Positions 36,391 to 48,923 of a stretch of 64,000 bases of DNA are shown here, piece by piece. The first letter of the stretch is position 1, and every line of letters starts with the position of its first letter. Origin of the DNA: Rhina ancylostomus (Eukaryota); the NCBI GenBank assembly GCA_030265395.1, contig JARFYF010000054.1, forward strand, positions 11,910,935-11,974,934. Direction: 5' to 3'. A program made the position numbers and the translations under genes. The notes below the pieces were generated by a model. That model was not told the DNA's origin. It made no database searches and worked only from the letters and a program-made list of their open reading frames with translations.

Positions 36391-37694
36391 GTGTTCTTGT
36401 GAAGAACCTTGTATTTAGTATTGAGGTATGCAAATCTAAGTTTTACCTCTGCCTTTTGTATATTATAAAACTTGCAATATTTCAGAAGATTTTCATTACC
36501 AGAAAATGTTCCACTTTTAAACTGGTGTAAGCCTTAGTTACTCTACTTTTCTACTCCTTTCTAAGTTTTTGTTAGTGCGAAGAGGAAACATGCAAATTCT
36601 TTTTAATATGTACCATATGTTTCTGTAAAATTTCAGCCAGTATAAATTTATCCACTTTACTATTCTGTAACCCTTTGAAATCATATACATAAGAACCTAG
36701 GAGCTAGGAGAAGATTAGACCATACAGCCCCTTGTTTCTATTCTGCCATTCAATGACTGTAGCTGAAGTTGTACCAGTGATACCTTCCTGCACAACCCTC
36801 ATGTCCCTTAATATCAACAGTCATCACACTTCATATTTTTGTGAGATAAACAGTTTTCTTTATCATTATTCATTAGAGTCCAGATTACCTGACTGGCTCT
36901 GCTGTTTAGAGGTCCTCACTTTAAACAAATATGCAATAACCATTCACCTCTTAGTTCAGCCGTTTTATCTTTCTCCTATCCATGATTCCATATTTCTTTG
37001 TAAGTGAAAAAAGAAACACGGTTTACTTCAGTCAAAATGCCATCACTCTGATGTGCAAAAATTGCCACAAGGTTGAATTCACAAAAGAAAGACTATGTGG
37101 CATTCCTCGAAAATGGATAACTGACTGAATGTGGACCTAACACGAGCAATAATTGCATTTCATTCAGATTACTATACTGAATAAGTTGTCCAAGACTGAC
37201 TGCATGTGGTCCTTCAGAATCCATGCTGCCCTTTGTTTCTCTTGCCATGGAACAGATTTCCAATATTCATCCGAGAGGCATACAAATAGATGCTCTTTTC
37301 AATGGGAATGTATTTTCAATTGCAGACATTTTTCATAACACCACTTTTGTAATGTTCCAAGTTAAACTGCACAGTCTTTGCCACCTTTCCAATTCACTAC
37401 ATGCTGATCAGTGCAATTTGTGACAATCATTGCAACTCCTGCAAGAGGTTTGCAATTCAAAGCAGAAAGAAATATCATCCTCTGATATGTTCTATCTTGT
37501 AAATATTCTTATCATTACTCTCTGCAGTGGCTGTATGAATTAATGACACAGGCATTATGAATATAGCTGTAATTGACACTGATTCTAGCCACATTTTCGA
37601 TGATCAAAGGGAATTTAAGAAGTTGTAGGCCTGAAGTTTCCAGTGAGGACTTGGGTGAAGCTATCTGATTCCCCATTATAATAGACAATATCTA

Positions 37695-38055
37695 GACCAT
37701 AAGACACAGGAGCAGGATCAGGCCATTCAGCCCATCGAGTCTGTTTCGCCATTCAATTATGGCTGATTTATTTTTCCTTCTCAACCCCATTCTCCTGCCT
37801 TGTCCCCATAACCTTTGACACCCTTGTTAATCAAGAACCTATCAACCTCTGATTTATATATACACAATGACTTGGTCTCCACAGCCATCTGTGGCAACAA
37901 ATACCACAGATTCACCACCCTCTGGCTAAAGAAATTCCTCCTCATCTCTGTTCTAAAGGGACATCCTTCTACTCTAAGGCTGTGTCTTCTGGTCCTGGAC
38001 TCTGCCACTACTGGAAACATCCTCTCTATGTCTACACTATCCTCACCTTTCAATT
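37695..38055 (-). mobile_element. Relatively young CR1 LINE 3' fragment
   Basis: Minus ORF VDIERMFPVVAESRTRRHSLRVEGCPFRTEMRRNFFSQRVVNLWYLLPQMAVE is the CR1 ORF2 C-terminus; close match to 60951-61269. Confidence 0.92.
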
Positions 38056-38289
38056 TGACAGCAACTAATGGAGTATACACATGAGCAGTTAAATTCAAAT
38101 TTGCAACCAGTAGCCCTCCATTGGGTGCCTTTTCTACTCTTTGCAAGGTCATTGAAAATTAATTTGGTAAATTCATGGAAACTTCATTTTATGCATTGCC
38201 CTTGCTATAATAAAAGCAGTGAAAACATTATATGTTATGGAATGAGGTATAACTAAGTTATTATTAGCCCACTAGGCCATAATTGTTAA

Positions 38290-39250
38290 ATGGCATCTCT
38301 GCCAGCCCCAACTAGATTCCACTACTCCTTTCAGCATTTCACAGGGATTGCTCTCTAGGCGACTTTCTGGTCTGCTTATCCATCCCCATCAACTATTCCC
38401 TGTCTTATCACATTTTCCCATTGCAGCCACGGGATGGAACACCAGTCCTTTCACCTTTTCCCTTCCCACCATCCAGGGAGTCAAATAGTCTTTCTAGGTG
38501 AGGCAGTGATTTCCCTGCACTGCTTTCAGCCAAATGTACTATATTCAGTATTTACAGTGTAGTCGCCGCTACAGTGGAGAAACCAAACGCAGATTGGGTG
38601 CTCACTCTATGGTGCACCTCTGTTCAGTCTACAAAGGTGATCGTGAGCTTCGTATTGCCTGCCATTTTAATTCTCCATTCCACTCCCACTCTGACCTGTC
38701 TACCTGTGGCCTCCTGAGCTGTTACACGGCAAAGCCCAAAGCAAGCTTGAGGAACAACTGCCAATCTTCCATCTGAGCATATTGCAACTCTCTAGGCTCA
38801 ATTTCGAATTCTGCAAATTTAGGTAACTCCCTTTTTCTTCCTTTCTATATCAGAATTGGCCATTTCTGCCAGTCATTCATCTGTAATATTGGCTTAGATT
38901 TTCCCTCTTTTTTTATAGCCTTGTCTGTGGGCACTTCCAACAGCTCTGTTATTAGCAATACATAACACAGACAAAGAAACATAATGTGCTTCCAACCTCT
39001 ACATTAACTCATTTACCTCGTCTGGTTCACCCTATCAGAGCTATTCCCTTTGAATTTCTCATCCCTTCCTGTCTTCCCTGAAAGTGAAAATTAATCTGTT
39101 TTCTCTGTTTTCCAGTTCTGACAAAGGGTCTCAAACTTGAAACATGAACTCCTTTTCTCTTTCCACAGATGCTGTCTGACCAGCTAAATATTTCTTGCCT
39201 TTTCTGTTTTTATTTCAGATTTCTGGTATCAGTAGAATTTTTGATTTTCA
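38290..39250 (+). mobile_element. Penelope-like element 3' part: GIY-YIG endonuclease remnant plus pLTR with hammerhead motif (39114-39150)
   Basis: ORF 38534-38776 YYIQYLQCSRRYSGETKRRL...IACHFNSPFHSHSDLS is a degenerate VYxxxC..YIGET-R-H GIY-YIG; followed by aagcttgaggaacaa (KLEEQ) and the pLTR tail. Confidence 0.85.
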
Positions 39251-39859
39251 AACCATAAAACTTGTTATTTTTATGTGGGGAGTCTAATTCTCCAAAATGA
39301 TTATTTCTAAAAATTAGAATAACGTGTAAACGTTTTAAATAATTCATTTCTAGATCTGTTGTAATCCATGCGTTTTGAAAATATTTTGTGAGCGTTTTAT
39401 GTCAAAATAAATTCTAATATTTAGAGCTTATTACTTACTGGTTTGCTGTCAGAATTCTTTGGTCTTTTATTGGCTGCTTAACCGGTTAAGGATACTTCAC
39501 TTTTACTGGAGACCAAATTTCCTTACCCCCACCACCAACCCCACCTTAGTTATTCCCCTATTAAAAGTGGTAGTCAGCAATAAATGTCTGGAAAGGGAAT
39601 GTCTGAGCAACAGAACCTGCTGAAACTTTATGCAGAGGTGTCTTCATGTCAGTGGTGAATGTTGTTACTTTACTGAAAGTAAATGCAGCTGAGTCATCAA
39701 AGCATGAATTTTGATTTTAAATTTGAAGCTGAAGTGCCTTTGTTATTTAAGCAGAAAGAATAATCTTCTTATTTCCACTTAGTGTTTTATGGTTATTTGT
39801 TAACTAGTTCTTCATATTTGTGATCTGCACTCTAATACATGGAGTATTACGGTCCTTGA

Positions 39860-40330
39860 CATAAGAACATAAAAAATAAGCCACAACAGCCCCTTAAGCC
39901 TGCTTTGCCATGCAATAAGATCATGGATGATCTAACCATTAGTCATGACTCTGCATTCCTGTATGATTCTCCCATCGTCCAAAAATCCAGCACAGCCTTA
40001 AAGATACTTATGACAGCATCCTCGGCTCTCATCACAGAACACTAAAGATTCACAACCCGCCTGAGAAAGGAAACTCCTCCTCATCTGAATCTTAAATGGC
40101 TGACCCCCTTATCCTGAAGCTATTTCAGCATGTTCTAAATTCGTTCTAAGCTATCCTCACAACATTAAGCTATTACACAATCTTCTATGTTTCATTGGGG
40201 TCACCCCTCATTGTACTAAATTCCATAGAGCACATGCCCATCCTGTTCAATTTGTTCTTGAAGAAAATCCCCTTATTTCAGGAATTTTGGTGCATTGCCC
40301 TTAAGCCAAGTGTATCCCATGACTCTGTAC
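39860..40330 (-). mobile_element. Degenerate CR1 3' fragment
   Basis: cataagaacata tail repeats; aaagattcacaacc...gaaactcctcctcatctg is similar to 37905-37950. Confidence 0.65.
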
Positions 40331-40369
40331 AGTACTTCAGATGTCTTTTATGTTGCATTATTACACAAG

Positions 40370-41350
40370 AGGAATAGGACCCTCTCCAACCTTTGTCATC
40401 TCTTCTTCAAAACTGAAGTCACTCCAACCGGTGTGCACAGTTGACATTTATATTTATGCCCATTTGGAGTCATGCTCCAAATGGTCATTGACTCGTTCAC
40501 TGAAGCATATGAAAGAATAGGTCTTCCTTTAAATGTCTGCATAACAAAGGTCTTCTACTGACCTGCCCTACATGGCACAACACAACACCACTTGCCATCC
40601 TGGATCATAAAGGCTAACAAAGGAGGCTCTGGAAAAGGTGGAGAGTGCATTCCATATCTGAAGAGCCACCTCTTGGGGAAAAGCAGTCATTGATGCTGAA
40701 CTTCACCTCTGCCTCCAGTGCATTAGAACAGCCTTTGGCCTACTGAAGAAAAGACTGTTTGGATTTCAAAACCTCACACCTGCACTAAACTCATTTTCCA
40801 ATGGACAACAGTGACTGTGCACTTCAGAGACCTGGACAACCTACACCAGGAGAGGTACTACCAGTGCTGTCTCCACACAATCCTCAGAATCTCCTGGCAG
40901 GGTAAGTGAACTAACAACACCGTCTTCTCGCAGGCCAATTATCTCCTGCATCAGAACTGTAATTATATTCGGTAGCTCCAATGGGCATGCAAATGATAAG
41001 CCCTGCCCAATGCCAGATTCCTACTCTACTTCAAGCTCTATCATAGCAAGAGGGAGCTAGAAAACGCTTATAGGGTGTTCTCAAAGCCACCCCGGAAAAA
41101 TGTAATATCCACATCAACTTGCAGGAACCTCAGGTCATGACTGCTCAAAATGGAGAAGGGGCATCCAGGATGTATTGAAAACCTTGATTCCTTTCATTGG
41201 GAGAATGCAGAAGTTTGGGAAAAATGACCGAGCATCATTGGTCAAGCGTCATCTATTCCATCTGTGGTAGAGTTTGCCAATCCTACGTGAGGCCCATCAG
41301 CCAACTCGGAATCCACAGAACTGAAATGGAAGCAAGTCATTCTCTGTCCT
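40370..41350 (+). mobile_element. Degenerate RTE-clade LINE 3' fragment
   Basis: Remnants such as FTEAYERIGLPLNVCITKV, FPYL-SHL and AFGLLKKRLF; related to 2640-3370. Confidence 0.7.
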
Positions 41351-43797
41351 GTGGAAGTGCCTAAGAAGAAGGAGGTAATGTTGTCAAAAGATGTATTTAC
41401 CTTGCCCTCCAAACCCTTTGCAAGAAAGGTCAACAGACCATTTGCCTACCTTATGCATCTGTGTGCTGACTTTGCTTCCCACCAGACACCTCTGTTTAAT
41501 AATCTCACGCCATATGTTAGTATTCTGCTATTCTGCTTTTGGTTTTCTCTTAAAGTGGGTAACATCAAATTTCCCCATATATCCAAAACACAATTGTTTT
41601 GCGTATTCTCTTAATCTGTACAGCTTTGTATATCTTTCTCCCGTTGTACTTACCCTTACCTGTCTTTTCATTATTAGCAAACTGAATTACCTTACACTTG
41701 GTTCCTTTGTCTGTCATTAACAAAAAAAGATATTTTTCCCTGTTACCTAAGGTATAACAGCTGGACTCCTTGACATCCTCTCTCCCCATTTTTGATCTAG
41801 GACATAGGTCAGGAGGAAGAACCAAATTAATATCAGCTAGTTCAGCATAAAGATAAAACACAAGACATTTTGGTCCACATACTGTATAACAGTGTGCTTT
41901 CATCCTCAAGCCTTTTGTGGAACTTGTACATTGCATGTTAATTTTATTTCCTTTCTCACTGCGTCCTTTGATTTGTAGAAAAAGCCAAAGGGTAACCACA
42001 ACACAACCAGATGTCATCCTGTAGGATTTAATTTATGTTATAATGTTGAATTATTTTCAACTAACAATGCAATGGTGTTTAGCAATATCCCAAACTGAAG
42101 TAGATTTGAGTTCAAGCATTTCTTGAAATCAGTAAATTGGAACGGCTTCCAGTGCCAGCAACACAAGCCTTGTGCAATGTATTAGCCATATTCAAAATCC
42201 TTTCTGACAAATGTAATCATAAACTTGAACTTATAAATTTGAAGCTATTGATAATGTTCAACATCAGCAAAGCACACTTGGTCGTGAGGCATCCTTTGAA
42301 GTTGCAGAAAATAGATAACATTTTTCTTTGGCCTTTTTTTTTATTGACCAGAATTTTTCCCCTTGTCTAAGAGGCTATTTTAATATGACTTAATATGCCA
42401 TTTCACGCTGTGACACTCCTTCCATTTAGTCACCTAAAAACCTGCAAATATATAGTGAGAGGACAAATGTTGGCTGTAAATCAGCANNNNNNNNNNNNNN
42501 NNNNNNNNNNNNNNNNNNNNNNNNNNNNNNNNNNNNNNNNNNNNNNNNNNNNNNNNNNNNNNNNNNNNNNNNNNNNNNNNNNNNNNAAGACACCTGTTAC
42601 TTTGAGTCCCATCACGTATGGTTATTTCTGCAGTTCCAAAATAATGGCTGGGTTTAGAAATATTAAATCATTTTACTTGGGTACATTGGTATCAATTCTA
42701 ATGCACTTTTATTTGTTTGAGCTGAGATTTAACTAACTCATTAACTATGCTACCATTGTATCATCTGTGCTAATATAGCTCATGACAAATGTGACCACAC
42801 ATCATTATTCTGTCCACATAATTCAGCTTCTCTGATTTTTTTGTTTGATTATTTAATCAAATTGGTTTATTTTATCAATCTCTTAGAGAAAATGTTTAAT
42901 ATTCTCACCATACATGATTGACTTCCCATGGTATTGTAATCATAAATTTTCTTGTATATTTTTTGGTGGTGTTTACATGATATTTGTGAAGCTTATTTAA
43001 AATTAATTATCAGGTATAAGTGGGAAGTGTCACATGTTACAATCTATTTGCAGTCAACTGTTATCATTTGTTACACATGCAGTGAGTTAATTAGTTGTTA
43101 CTTTTCCATCTTAACTTAGGAAGCGGTGAGGTGGGTGGTGTTTGGTTGGTGGATGAAAGAAGCTGAATAAAATGATCTTACCATTTACATACACCACAAA
43201 ACCTCCAAAAAAACCTTTGACATTTATTGGTTATGCCAAATAACTTGAAAAGCAGCAGATACAACCTGCACGTTGAAACTATGGATGTTCACACAAATTG
43301 CAAACTACAGTTTAAATTAAGCAATGTACAAGTCAGTGCAAGCTGGCAGCTGGTGAAAGAAGCTCATTTTGTGCAATGGTGAGTTTTATACCTAGTGTCC
43401 AGAGCAATGGATCTATCTCACAATTACTCACATCCATCCAGTGGTTGAGGTTTTTCTCTCCACTTCAACGGAAGATGGGTAGAGAACTCCCCATTCAACA
43501 AAGATCAGGATCTGCTCCGAGCTAGATGATATTTCACCCTTCTTGGCTTGTAACAAATCTCTTCCCAGCCCTTTTAACTATGACCAGAATGTGCAGGGGG
43601 ACCTCAAGCATTGCTCTGCAGGGCATTAAACCCCATTTTGGTTGAGATCTCCCAGACTTTGAGCAATCACCTAAGCCTTCTACTGGCAGTGTGATAGATC
43701 CCAGGATTACAAAATCCTTCCTCAGTGGAAAAGGATCCTAGGATGGGAATGATAGAAAATACATTGAAATCCCATTCTGCTGGCAGAGCTCCAGAAC

Positions 43798-44000
43798 TTG
43801 AATGAGCTGCCGGAGGAAATGGTTGAGGCAGGTACAATGGCAACATTTAAAAGACATTTGGACAGGTAGATGGAGAGGAAAGGCTTAGAGGGAAATGGGC
43901 CAAATACAGACAAATGGGACTAACTTAGATGGGCAACTTGGTCAGCATATACAAGTGGGCTGAAGGGCCTGTTTCTGTGCTGTATTACTCTATGACTCTA
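43798..44000 (+). mobile_element. CR1 3' end fragment
   Basis: gaatgagctgccggaggaaatggttgaggcaggtac...gggctgaagggcctgtttctgtgctgtattactctatgactcta tail. Confidence 0.85.
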
Positions 44001-45199
44001 ATTAAACAGGATCTTAAGTAAGGTTGAAAAAAGGAACATCACAGAAGATGAAACCAGTCCAGGGGCATTTTGCACACTTGGTTTACTGACCATTTGAAAA
44101 TAAGGGCACATGCAAAAGAAAATAGAGCATCTGATGCAATTTTGTTAGAGATTCCAAATTTACAAGTTTCACCATATATTGCATAAACACTTGCTGTACA
44201 AAGCATCAATTTGGCAAACCACGCTACGTTGATGAACACATCATTTTCTGTGTTGAGCTAGCAATAGTCTTGACCACGAGTTGTGGGCCAATACTGTGAT
44301 GATTGTTTCTCAAAGCTAGAGAAAACAATCCCAGCTGAGTGAATACATTATCAGTGTTAAAAAGGCATTCTGTACCCTGCCCTGCTCACCTTTGTCAGAG
44401 AGCCTCAGGGTTACCAACAGGCACTTTATGTTCTTTCACCATAGAGAAATTTATACAGTAAGTACAAAGCAGTAATTACTGAGGACAGAGGGCCAACATA
44501 TTGTGGTTCTTTTTCCCTTTTTCCAGACCAAGACTTGCAAGGATGGCAGGTCGCCAGGGTGACCAGTAGTGTGGAGAGGAGATGTATAGAATTGTTTCTT
44601 TTGCTTTTAATCTCTTTCCAATGAACGTCGCAGTAACTGTTGATATGGGCTGAGAACAGGATCATACTGAGCTACAATAATGTCAGCAATCAAAAATAAT
44701 CCATTGACTAAAGCAATCAAGGTTAACACTTTGCTGGCATTTGAGTGATACAGAAGGTTGACATGCTGTCAATCTGGGGAAAAAAGATTTTTAAGGGAAA
44801 TGTAGACAACTTGTTGGTTTAAATTATCAAAGTCCTCAGTAATTAATGCCTCGTGCTTGTTCTTGATTCTCAATGCTTTTTATTGATGTCTGTAAACTTG
44901 ATCATCAGTTAAGCAAGTTAAATTGAGGATTCTCTTCAGTATAGCTTAAATTATTCAGTGCTGAACCATATCTTTTCCTTAGGTCCTAGGATAAGTCAGA
45001 TTTTTAAAAAAATCTTCTTTATTTTAGCATTCTGACTTTTGGTGGTACTAAAAGGCAGCAGGTGCATAGGAACACCACTAGTTTACAAGTTTCACTGTAT
45101 ATTGTGTAAACACATGATACACAGAGCATTTATTTGTTGCAAGCTGAGCCACATTGATGAACACGTCATTTTCTGTGCTAATTTCCCTCAAAGGCATGC

Positions 45200-45395
45200 T
45201 TTATCTCAGCTTCAATTATATATTGCTATTCCTTCTTCACCATTGGGTCTAAATCCTGGGACTCGCTACCTGACACCACCATGGGAATGCAATCGTCAGT
45301 AGAACTCCAATGGTTCAAGAAGGGAGCTCACCACCACTTGCAATAAATGCTGGCCTTACCTGCAATGTCCAAATCCCATTAAAAATGAATAAATA
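45200..45395 (+). mobile_element. L2 3' tail fragment
   Basis: ggttcaagaagggagctcaccaccacttgcaataaatgctggcc...aatgaataaataa; similar to 63170-63245. Confidence 0.65.
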
Positions 45396-45579
45396 ATCCA
45401 AGGTTGCTATGGGCACGGAGACCTCAAGTTATACGTTATAATGAGCACATGATTTGTGGAATACCATAATCCATTTCTGCCTTGAAAGATCAGAATCATA
45501 TTTCCAAGTAACGTATAGCTTAATGTTATGTATTTAGAAAGGTATCTTCATTATGATGCAACGTTTGCTTAACAGGAAT

Positions 45580-46585
45580 AAGAATTGGCATAAATGAGTC
45601 ATTTTCGGATTGCCAATCAGTGGGTCACCACAGGGGTCTGTGCTGGAGCCTCAACTATTTACAATCCATGTTAATGACTTGGATGAAGGCATGGAACATA
45701 CTGTAGCCAAATGTCCTGATATAAAGATAGTTGGATAGGCAAGCTCTGAGGAGGATACAAAGAACCTGCAAAGGGATATAGCAGGTTAAGTGAGTGGACA
45801 AGAAGTTGGCAGATGGAGCACAACATTGGAAAATATAGAGTTATCCTCTTCATAAGGAAAGTTAAAAGGGAATTATTTAAATTGAATGAAATGATAAAAT
45901 GTTGCAGTGCAATTAGATTTGGGGTTTTATGCAGATGAAATACAAAAAGTTAACATGTAGGTACAGCAGGTGATTAAGAAGACTAATGAGACATAGCTCT
46001 GTATTGTAAGGGATGTGGAGTATAAAAGTAAGGAAGTTTTGAGGCAACTTTACAGTTGATGGTTAGACTGCATACAGTTTTGCTCTCCATATTTAAGGAA
46101 GGAAGTAGTTGCATTGGATGTAGTGCAGAAAAGGTTCACTGGGTTCATTCCTGAGATGAAAGGGTTGATGTATAGGGAAAATAATTCGGCCTACTCTCAA
46201 AGAAGAATAGAATAAGAGGTGGTCTTATTACAATGCAAAAGATTCCAAGAGGTGTTGAAAGCATGGATCCTTTAGTGGGGATATCTCGAACCATGGGGCA
46301 TTGCCTCAAAATAAGAGGTTGCCAGTTTAAAGCTGAGATGAGGAATGTCTTCTCTCAGTGGGTCATAGATCTCTGGAATTCTCTACCCCAGTGAGCTTTG
46401 GAGGGAAAGTTATTGAATATATTGAAGGTAGAGCTTGACAGACACTTGGATTACAAACAGGTGCTATGGGAAAAGAGCAGGAAGGTGGTGTTAAGACCAA
46501 GACTGGATCAACCATGATGTTATTGCACGGTAGAGCCTACTCAAGGTGCCAATTAGCCTACTCCTGTTCTTTTTCTTATGTTCTA
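45580..46585 (+). mobile_element. CR1 LINE fragment (RT to 3' end)
   Basis: ccacaggggtctgtgctggagcctcaactatttacaatccatgttaatgacttggat gives PQGSVLEPQLFTIHVNDLD; ends cctactcctgttcttt...cttatgttct. Confidence 0.85.
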
Positions 46586-46690
46586 TATTATTTCCAATGG
46601 AATTGTTCGAAGTACTGTGTTATTCTTCATATTTTAAGAAGCTGCACAAACTTTAAATGAAGCTTTCCACTTCACAACTTTTCTGTGTAG

Positions 46691-46827
46691 GAATGACACC
46701 AATGCAGCAACAACAGCAGCCGCAGCAGCAGGCATACCCCATGGTACCTTTGATGCAGCCTAACATGCAAAGCATGATGGGAATGAATTTTGGTTCGCAG
46801 ATGCCTCCTGGATCAATGCCGATGCAG
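46691..46827 (+). CDS. SYNRG: SYNRG exon GMTPMQQQQQPQQQAYPMVPLMQPNMQSMMGMNFGSQMPPGSMPMQ
   Basis: tgtag|GA acceptor, CAG|gtaatt donor, 137 nt, phase 1 to 0. Confidence 0.95.
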
Positions 46828-47132
46828 GTAATTAATTAAAATTTGACCTGTATTATTCTTCATCAGTATGATATTTAGAATAGAACATTTTGGCTATATT
46901 AATAGCTTCTGAATGGTTGGGTATGGTACCATATCCTTCATAGATTTGAGTTCCTAGTCTCCTCTATAAGATGTGGACGGTGTCAACAACCATGAGAAAT
47001 ATGAGCGAGAGTATATTGTGCCTAGATCATGCTTTCATTTATGCCTGAAAGAGGATAAAATAAGAAAGTCTAAATGAGTCTCAAACAGTAGTTGAGCAAC
47101 TGAAAGAGCTATCTAGATGTGTTTTCTTATAT

Positions 47133-47427
47133 ATAAGATGTCTTTATTAGTCACATGTACATCGAAACACACAGTGAAATACATCTTTTTGCGTAGAGTG
47201 TTCTGGGGGCTGCCCACAAGTGTCGCCACGCTTCTGGCGCCAACGTAGCATGCCCACAACTTCCTAACCCGAATATCTTTGGAATGTGGGAGGAAACCAG
47301 AGCACCCGGAGGAAACCCACGCAGTCGCTGGGAGAATGTACAAACTCCTTACAGGCAGTGGCTGGAATTGAACCCAGCTCGCTGGTGCTGTAACAGTGTT
47401 ACGCTAACCGCTACGCTACCTTGCCTT
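47133..47427 (-). mobile_element. Young, CpG-retaining V-SINE-like SINE with Rex-Babar-like tail
   Basis: Reverse tRNA head (ggaattgaaccc, taaccgctacgctacc), V-like core ggaatgtgggaggaaaccagagcacccggaggaaaccc, tail gtcacatgtac...acagtgaaa. Confidence 0.88.
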
Positions 47428-48026
47428 GCACACCAAGCTGTCAATTTTGCAGGGAAACGAGAAGTTGGGCAGTCAAATGCTTTATTCCCCAACAGATTTT
47501 TTCCAAGAACCATATTTCCCTCCCCAACCCCTTTCACAAATCCGGTCACAGTGACAGTTTATAGCCTTGGGCTTGTTGACGTCATAATTCCACCCCATGC
47601 TGCGTGAAATACTGTTTAAGCCTAATCCTGAGACAGAATATTTATTGTTGCATATTACTCAAAAGCTTTATCAAAATGAACACTGTACTTGATGGGCACT
47701 GTGCAAATGGAATGTTTGTTTAAAGGGTACACTTGGCTATCAATTGCTTTCCCATATGTTGTACAATATTTACTTAATTATTAACAACTCACTCAAGTGT
47801 GTATTGGGCTACCATGGTGATGTTTCCATCAGACGAATTTTATTATACAGCTGTACTAAACTAGGCTTAGAGGGTCCAAAGGAGATGAGCAAGTTCTGGA
47901 TATGGAACTAGCCAGGAAGGCGACTAAGTTGGACTGAATAACTTTATTCATTTCTGTTACGCTCAATTGGAGGTATTGTTTTTAAGTAATTAACACTCTT
48001 AAGTAATTACTCTTTACATCAATCAG

Positions 48027-48157
48027 GGTGGAATGGCAATGGGTCCAATGCCACCAGCTGGAATGCCATATATGCCACAGCATCATTACATGGCAATGCG
48101 TCCTTCTCCGCCACAGTACACACCGGATATGCAAAAGCAGTTTGCTGAAGAGCAACA
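48027..48157 (+). CDS. SYNRG: SYNRG exon GGMAMGPMPPAGMPYMPQHHYMAMRPSPPQYTPDMQKQFAEEQQ
   Basis: atcag|GGT acceptor, CA|gtaaga donor, 131 nt; QYTPDMQKQFAEEQQ conserved. Confidence 0.96.
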
Positions 48158-48817
48158 GTAAGATTGTTTTCTGTTCAGAATGATTTGTAGCTATTGTACA
48201 GCTTATTGTATTTCCTTAAAAATAATAAGCAAAAGAAAGCTATTGTTTTGGTCATTAAGTAGTGGAAATGACTTTGGAGGGCTGCAAATACTGAACAAGT
48301 GATTAGCAGGTCACAAGCTAGCAAATGTGTTTCTTTGAGTGTTCCTGTCTTTATTTGAACCCAACAAGTGATAACTGTAAAAGTAAATTAAGTCATAGTT
48401 TTTTTCTTAACTTTATTGATTACTTGTGTCTCCTTCCACACTATAATCCCATTATACAGTATTCCTTTCCCAGTGGACTGTTACATATTACTCGTACTGA
48501 CAATGTTAGAAGCATTTCATTTCTTCTTGTATTGAAACCAGTCTGTACTCTCCAAGTGTAAGCTTCATGCAGAGTGGTTAGATTCTTGACTATTTCCTGA
48601 AACATTTGCATTAAAAATCAATGGCTTTATGATCAAAATATTCAACTGCAAAGCAGGCCAATTAATGTAATTTAATGAGTTAACTTTTGATAGTTTTATC
48701 ATTTAGTGAGGGATGGGAAATGGGTTAATCGGTTACTGTATTGGTACAAGAATGAAATGTGAATTTGACAGTAACTATTCACTGTTATTTAGTCTTTGAT
48801 CACTTCTGCTTTTCTAG

Positions 48818-48923
48818 AAAACGGTTCGAACAGCAACAAAAGATGATGGAAGAGGAACGGAAGCGGCGACAATTTGAAGAGCAAAAGCAGAAGCTTCGTC
48901 TTCTGAGTAGTGTAAAGCCTAAG
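48818..48923 (+). CDS. SYNRG: SYNRG exon KRFEQQQKMMEEERKRRQFEEQKQKLRLLSSVKPK (coiled coil)
   Basis: ttctag|A acceptor, AAG|gtatca donor, 106 nt. Confidence 0.97.
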
